A stretch of 64,000 nt of DNA from an uncultured delta proteobacterium (lineage in GTDB: Bacteria; Myxococcota_A; Polyangia; Polyangiales; B10-G4): contig CAVSGI010000010.1 in the NCBI GenBank assembly GCA_963727445.1, positions 1 through 64,000 on the forward strand. The letters are read 5' to 3'. Below the pieces are notes generated by a model. That model was not told where the DNA came from, did not search any database, and saw nothing but the letters and a program-made list of their open reading frames with translations. The stretch's first letter is position 1; the number at the start of each line of letters is the position of its first letter. Of this stretch, positions 60,095-64,000 are shown one piece after another. Made by a program: the position numbers and the translations under genes.

Positions 60095-60598
60095 ATGGAG
60101 ACGACCAGCGGACGTCAGAGCCGTAGCAAGAACCTCGTGGGCTTCGTGGTGGGAGGCGTTCGCTATGCCGTCGACATCCTCCGCGTTCGAGAGATCATCA
60201 ACCCGCTCGGGGTGGTCGTTCTGCCGCACGCCCCCGCCGCGGTGCTCGGCGTGACCGACCATCGCGGCGAGGTCGTGCCCGTGCTCGACCTCCGCGTCCG
60301 CTTCGGCGTTCCTCCGACGGCGGCGACGAGGCGCACCAAGTGGGTGATCGTCAACGTCGATTCGGGTTCGGTGGGCCTCGTGGTCGATGCGGTGACCGAC
60401 GTCTTCGGCGCGGGGCCCGGCGAGCAGCGGGGCGTTCCCCAGCTTGGCGTCGGTGATGCGGCGCGGGGTATCGCGGCCGTCTACAAGCACGAGGACTCGC
60501 TCGTCTTCGTTCTCGACATCGATCGCGTGGCGGCGCCCGCCGAGGCGGTGGACCTGTCCTCCCTCCCGGATCTGGTCGCTCAGATGGAGGGGACGTGA
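60095..60598 (+). CDS. cheW: Chemotaxis coupling protein
   Basis: YAVDILRVREII, LPHAP..VLGVTDHRGEVVPVLDLR, GLVVDAV. Confidence 0.93.
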   Translation: METTSGRQSRSKNLVGFVVGGVRYAVDILRVREIINPLGVVVLPHAPAAVLGVTDHRGEVVPVLDLRVRFGVPPTAATRRTKWVIVNVDSGSVGLVVDAVTDVFGAGPGEQRGVPQLGVGDAARGIAAVYKHEDSLVFVLDIDRVAAPAEAVDLSSLPDLVAQMEGT

Positions 60599-62628
60599 CG
60601 TTCGAGGAGATCCGCGCCGGACTCGAGGATCGCGAAGACGTGGAGCGCCGGCGCCGCGCCGTCCTCGCGCTTCTTGGATCCAAAGCCGCAGAGGCCAGGG
60701 AGCTCGTGATCCTGGCGCTCGGCGACGAGGAGTGGCGCGTTCGCAAGGAGGCGTCTCGCGTGGCCGCCAGTCTCGCGGCCGACCACGCGCTGGTCGCCGA
60801 TCTGATCCAGGCGGTCAGCCAGGGTGAGAACATCGGCCTGAGGAGCGCGGCCATCGAGGCGCTGGGCCTCTTGGGACCCGAGGTCGCACAGGAGGTCGTC
60901 CGCGCCCTCGACGAGGTGCCGGAGCAGGGCCGCAAGTTCATCATCGCCGCTCTGGGTGAGGTCGGCGGCGAGGTCGCCGTCCCCGCGCTCGCCGAAGCGG
61001 CCTCTTCCGGGGACGTCAACCTGGTGGCCGCGGCGGTCGAAGCGCTGGCGCGAATCGGTGGCGACAGCGCGGTCGTCGCGCTCCGCAAGAGTCTCGGCTC
61101 CGGCGACTCGTACATCCGCTTGGCGGCGCTCGACGGGCTCGACCGTCTCGGCGCGAAGATCCCCTTCGAGGAGCTGGAACACCTCGCGAGCGACCGGCTC
61201 CTGCGTCGCACGGCCCTCCGAGCGCTCGGTCGTAGCGAGGACGTGCGGGCGCTCGCCATCCTGCATCAAGCGCTCGACGATCCGTCGCCGCACGTGGTCG
61301 GCAGTGCCGCGGCGTCGCTCTACCTTCTCTGTCGCGACGTTCCGGATGGCACGGTCGAGCTCGCGTCGATGATGGAAGGGCTCTCCGTCGATTCGCGGAA
61401 GACGCTCAAGCGACTGGTGCGCGAGGGCGATTTGAACACGCGGCGGGGAGCGGCCCTGATCTCGCTCCTGGCGCGGGAAGCCGACAACCTGCCCGAGATC
61501 GTCGATCTCGCGGCGCGCGAAGCGGTGCCTCAGCCTCTCGCCGGTGCCTTTCGTCGCTGGGGCCGCGATTCGGTGCCGCCGCTCTTGTCGGTGCACGAGG
61601 AGGCGGTGGGCGCCCGCCAGGCCGTGGCGCTCGAGCTCGCGGCGGAGCTCGCGGCCGACGCCGACCAGTCCCCAGAGGACGATGCCATTCGCCAGGCGCT
61701 GCGGCGCGGTCTCAGGCACGAAGACATGAGCGTCCAGGTGGCCGCCGCGCGTGGCCTGTCCACCTTCGCCACGGCGGACGACGTCGGTCGCCTGGTCGCG
61801 GTGGCGGCCGGGGGGCCCGATGAGGTCGCGCGCGCCGCCGGTAAGGCGCTCGAAGCGCTCCGAGTGCGCGAGCCGGACGCGGTCGAGGAAGCGCTCGCGC
61901 GGGTGGAGCTCGACGGCCCGGGTGGTGCTGCGCTCACGCGCCTGGTGGGCGAGGTCAGCGGGGAGGACGGCGTGACCCGTTTGTCCGCGGCGCTCTCTGC
62001 GGACGACCCGCGCACGCGCATCGCCGCCATCGCGGCGTTCGTGGATCTCGGAGGCTCGCGGGCGGCCGAGCAGGTGTGCCTCGCGCTCGCTGACGAGGAC
62101 ATCGACGTGCAGGCGGCGGCCGCGCACGCGCTCGGCGAAATCCGGGACGACGAAGGCGCTCCGGTCGGCGCCCGTGAGCTCCTCCTCACGCTGGAATCGG
62201 CGGAGCCGACGGTGGTGGCGGCTGCCGCACGAGCGCTCGCGCGCAGCGGGGAGGTCCGGGCCACCGAGCCGCTGAAGGAGCTGCTCCGTGAGGGGAGCCC
62301 GGGGGTGGCTCTGGCGGCGATCGAGGGCCTCCGCGCGCTGGCCGATCCGGTGATGGGCGACATGCTGGTGGAAGCGCTCGGACACCCGGACGAAGAGGTC
62401 GTCAAAGAGGTGCTCTCCGCCATCGCGGAGTCGCGTGGTGAGCGCACGGTGTCGCGCCTCGCCGTTGGGCTTTCTCACCACGCCTGGGACGTGCGGCGCC
62501 ATGCTGCGCTCCTTCTCGCCGCACACGGCGGAAAGGACGCTCGCGCGGCGCTCGAGCAGCGAGCAGGCGTCGAAGACGACGAGCTCGTCAAGGAAGCGCT
62601 CGATCGCGCACTAGAGGAATCGCCCTAG
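60595..62628 (+). CDS. HEAT/PBS-lyase repeat protein (Cpc7-like)
   Basis: Multiple L.D....VR.AA..ALG repeats; located inside the che operon. Confidence 0.88.
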   Translation: MTFEEIRAGLEDREDVERRRRAVLALLGSKAAEARELVILALGDEEWRVRKEASRVAASLAADHALVADLIQAVSQGENIGLRSAAIEALGLLGPEVAQEVVRALDEVPEQGRKFIIAALGEVGGEVAVPALAEAASSGDVNLVAAAVEALARIGGDSAVVALRKSLGSGDSYIRLAALDGLDRLGAKIPFEELEHLASDRLLRRTALRALGRSEDVRALAILHQALDDPSPHVVGSAAASLYLLCRDVPDGTVELASMMEGLSVDSRKTLKRLVREGDLNTRRGAALISLLAREADNLPEIVDLAAREAVPQPLAGAFRRWGRDSVPPLLSVHEEAVGARQAVALELAAELAADADQSPEDDAIRQALRRGLRHEDMSVQVAAARGLSTFATADDVGRLVAVAAGGPDEVARAAGKALEALRVREPDAVEEALARVELDGPGGAALTRLVGEVSGEDGVTRLSAALSADDPRTRIAAIAAFVDLGGSRAAEQVCLALADEDIDVQAAAAHALGEIRDDEGAPVGARELLLTLESAEPTVVAAAARALARSGEVRATEPLKELLREGSPGVALAAIEGLRALADPVMGDMLVEALGHPDEEVVKEVLSAIAESRGERTVSRLAVGLSHHAWDVRRHAALLLAAHGGKDARAALEQRAGVEDDELVKEALDRALEESP

Positions 62629-63507
62629 GTGTCGATCCTCTTCGAATCCGGGCCGCGGCTGCGCCTCGAGGAGTTCAGGCTCCTCCGTGACCTGATCAAC
62701 AAGTTCTGCGGCATCTCCTTCGCTCCGGAGTCGCGCTTCGTGATGGAGCGGCGGCTCAAGGATCGGATCGAGGCGCTCGGGCTCGACGACTTCACGCAGT
62801 ACTACCAATACCTGCGGTATCACCCGGAGCGCCACGCCGAGATCGAGCGCGCGGTCGAAACCCTCACCACCAACGAGACCTACTTCTTCCGCGAGGACTA
62901 CCAGCTCTGGTCGCTGCGTGACGAGATCCTGCCCGAGATCCACGAGCGCAAACACCGCGAGGGTTCCCGACACCGTCTCTCTCTGTGGAGCGCTGGCTGC
63001 TCGACCGGCGAAGAGGTCTACACGGTGGCGATGATCATCGCGGGGACCGGCCTCTTCGAAGGTTGGGACGTGCGGGTCTTCGGCAACGACATCGCACGAG
63101 GTGTCCTGCACACCGCGCGGCGGGCCGTGTACGGGCAGTCCAGCTTTCGCGCCATGCCCGCGAATTACGAGCACTACCTTGTCGAGACGCCCGCGGGGCG
63201 CCAGGTTCACCCGCGTATCCGAGCGATGTGCCACTTCGGCCATCTGAATCTGCTCGAGCGGCAGCGCACTGCGATCGTCGGTCGAGTCGACATCATCCTC
63301 TGTCGCAACGTCTTGATCTATTTCGATACAGACTCCCGGAGCAACGTGATCGACACCTTCTACGAACGACTGAACCCGGGGGGGTATCTGCTGCTGGGAC
63401 ACAGCGAGTCACTGCTCAACGCGTCGACGGCGTTCGAGCTGGTGCACCTCGAACGCGATCTGGTTTATCGTCGCGCCATCGGGGCCGACGAAGAGGTCGT
63501 GAAGTGA
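62629..63507 (+). CDS. cheR: Chemotaxis protein-glutamate methyltransferase
   Basis: TTNETYFFRE, WSAGCSTGEEVYT, CRNVLIYFD, LGHSESL. Confidence 0.97.
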   Translation: MSILFESGPRLRLEEFRLLRDLINKFCGISFAPESRFVMERRLKDRIEALGLDDFTQYYQYLRYHPERHAEIERAVETLTTNETYFFREDYQLWSLRDEILPEIHERKHREGSRHRLSLWSAGCSTGEEVYTVAMIIAGTGLFEGWDVRVFGNDIARGVLHTARRAVYGQSSFRAMPANYEHYLVETPAGRQVHPRIRAMCHFGHLNLLERQRTAIVGRVDIILCRNVLIYFDTDSRSNVIDTFYERLNPGGYLLLGHSESLLNASTAFELVHLERDLVYRRAIGADEEVVK

Positions 63508-64000
63508 AGACGTTGCGAACGTTGGTCGTCGACGACTCGGCCTACAACCGGCGGGTCATCTCGGAGCTCTTGTCGGAGATGGAGGGCGTCGAGGTGGTGG
63601 GCAAGGCCTCGGACGGCGATGAGGCTCTGAAGCGACTCGACGAGCTGAACCCCGATCTGATCACCCTCGACCTCGAGATGCCGCGCATGGACGGCTTCAC
63701 TTTCCTGCGCTTCTTGATGGCCAAGCGGCCCCTACCGGTCATCGTCGTCAGCGGATACTCGGCGAAGGAGAACGTCTTTCGCGCGCTCGAGCTCGGGGCG
63801 CTCGACTTCGTCGCCAAGCCCACGCGCACCGTCACCAGCGACCTGGTGGAGATCAAAGCGCAGCTCGCCGAGAAGGTCGCGATCGTGCGCCAGCTGTCGC
63901 CGGCTGGTCTCGATCCGCAGAAGCGCACCTCACTCAATCCGGGGCGCACCGCTACCGGCGTCTTCATGCTCCCGAGCGCCGAACCGAAGAAGCTCGCTTC
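63504..64000 (+). CDS. cheB: Chemotaxis methylesterase response regulator, truncated by window end
   Basis: Translation from GTG 63504: LVVDDSAYNRRVI...PDLITLDLEMPRMDG...ALELGALDFVAKP; follows cheR. Confidence 0.88.
   Translation, partial: MKTLRTLVVDDSAYNRRVISELLSEMEGVEVVGKASDGDEALKRLDELNPDLITLDLEMPRMDGFTFLRFLMAKRPLPVIVVSGYSAKENVFRALELGALDFVAKPTRTVTSDLVEIKAQLAEKVAIVRQLSPAGLDPQKRTSLNPGRTATGVFMLPSAEPKKLA

Noticed and set aside
1..64000. CRISPR array or cas genes
   Set aside because: No identical 25-40 bp repeats with unique spacers were seen; all tandem repeats are in-frame coding repeats.

Overview
High-GC chromosomal window from a myxobacterium (Polyangiales/Sandaracinaceae-like, inferred from gene content: tgl-rodZ-recO, MXAN_5187-like protein, DUF4388/GYF Ser/Thr kinases, Gly/Cys-rich lipoproteins). 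It contains housekeeping genes (priA, def, fmt, PduO-type adenosyltransferase, fabH, tdk, YitJ-type metH/metF fusion, recO), a 6S RNA with a recognisable sigma70 promoter, tRNA-Leu(CAA), an orphan FlhB/SctU export-switch gene and a Che7-like chemosensory operon with a HEAT-repeat protein. The most interesting accessory modules are: (1) an XRE-associated cluster of a membrane desaturase, an ammonia-lyase lacking the MIO-forming Gly and a signal-less PhnD-like protein; (2) a receiver-fused PspF-like activator facing an NfeD-like/flotillin operon, with candidate UAS and sigma54 sites; (3) a PARP-zinc-finger/DUF4132 fusion; (4) two 2OG-oxygenase-type genes (HExxH, JmjC), each overlapping a low-complexity secreted protein gene. 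At least eight single-base frameshifts in six genes look like long-read errors. No CRISPR array, integrase or transposase was seen. All family assignments come from motif recognition by eye, not from database searches.
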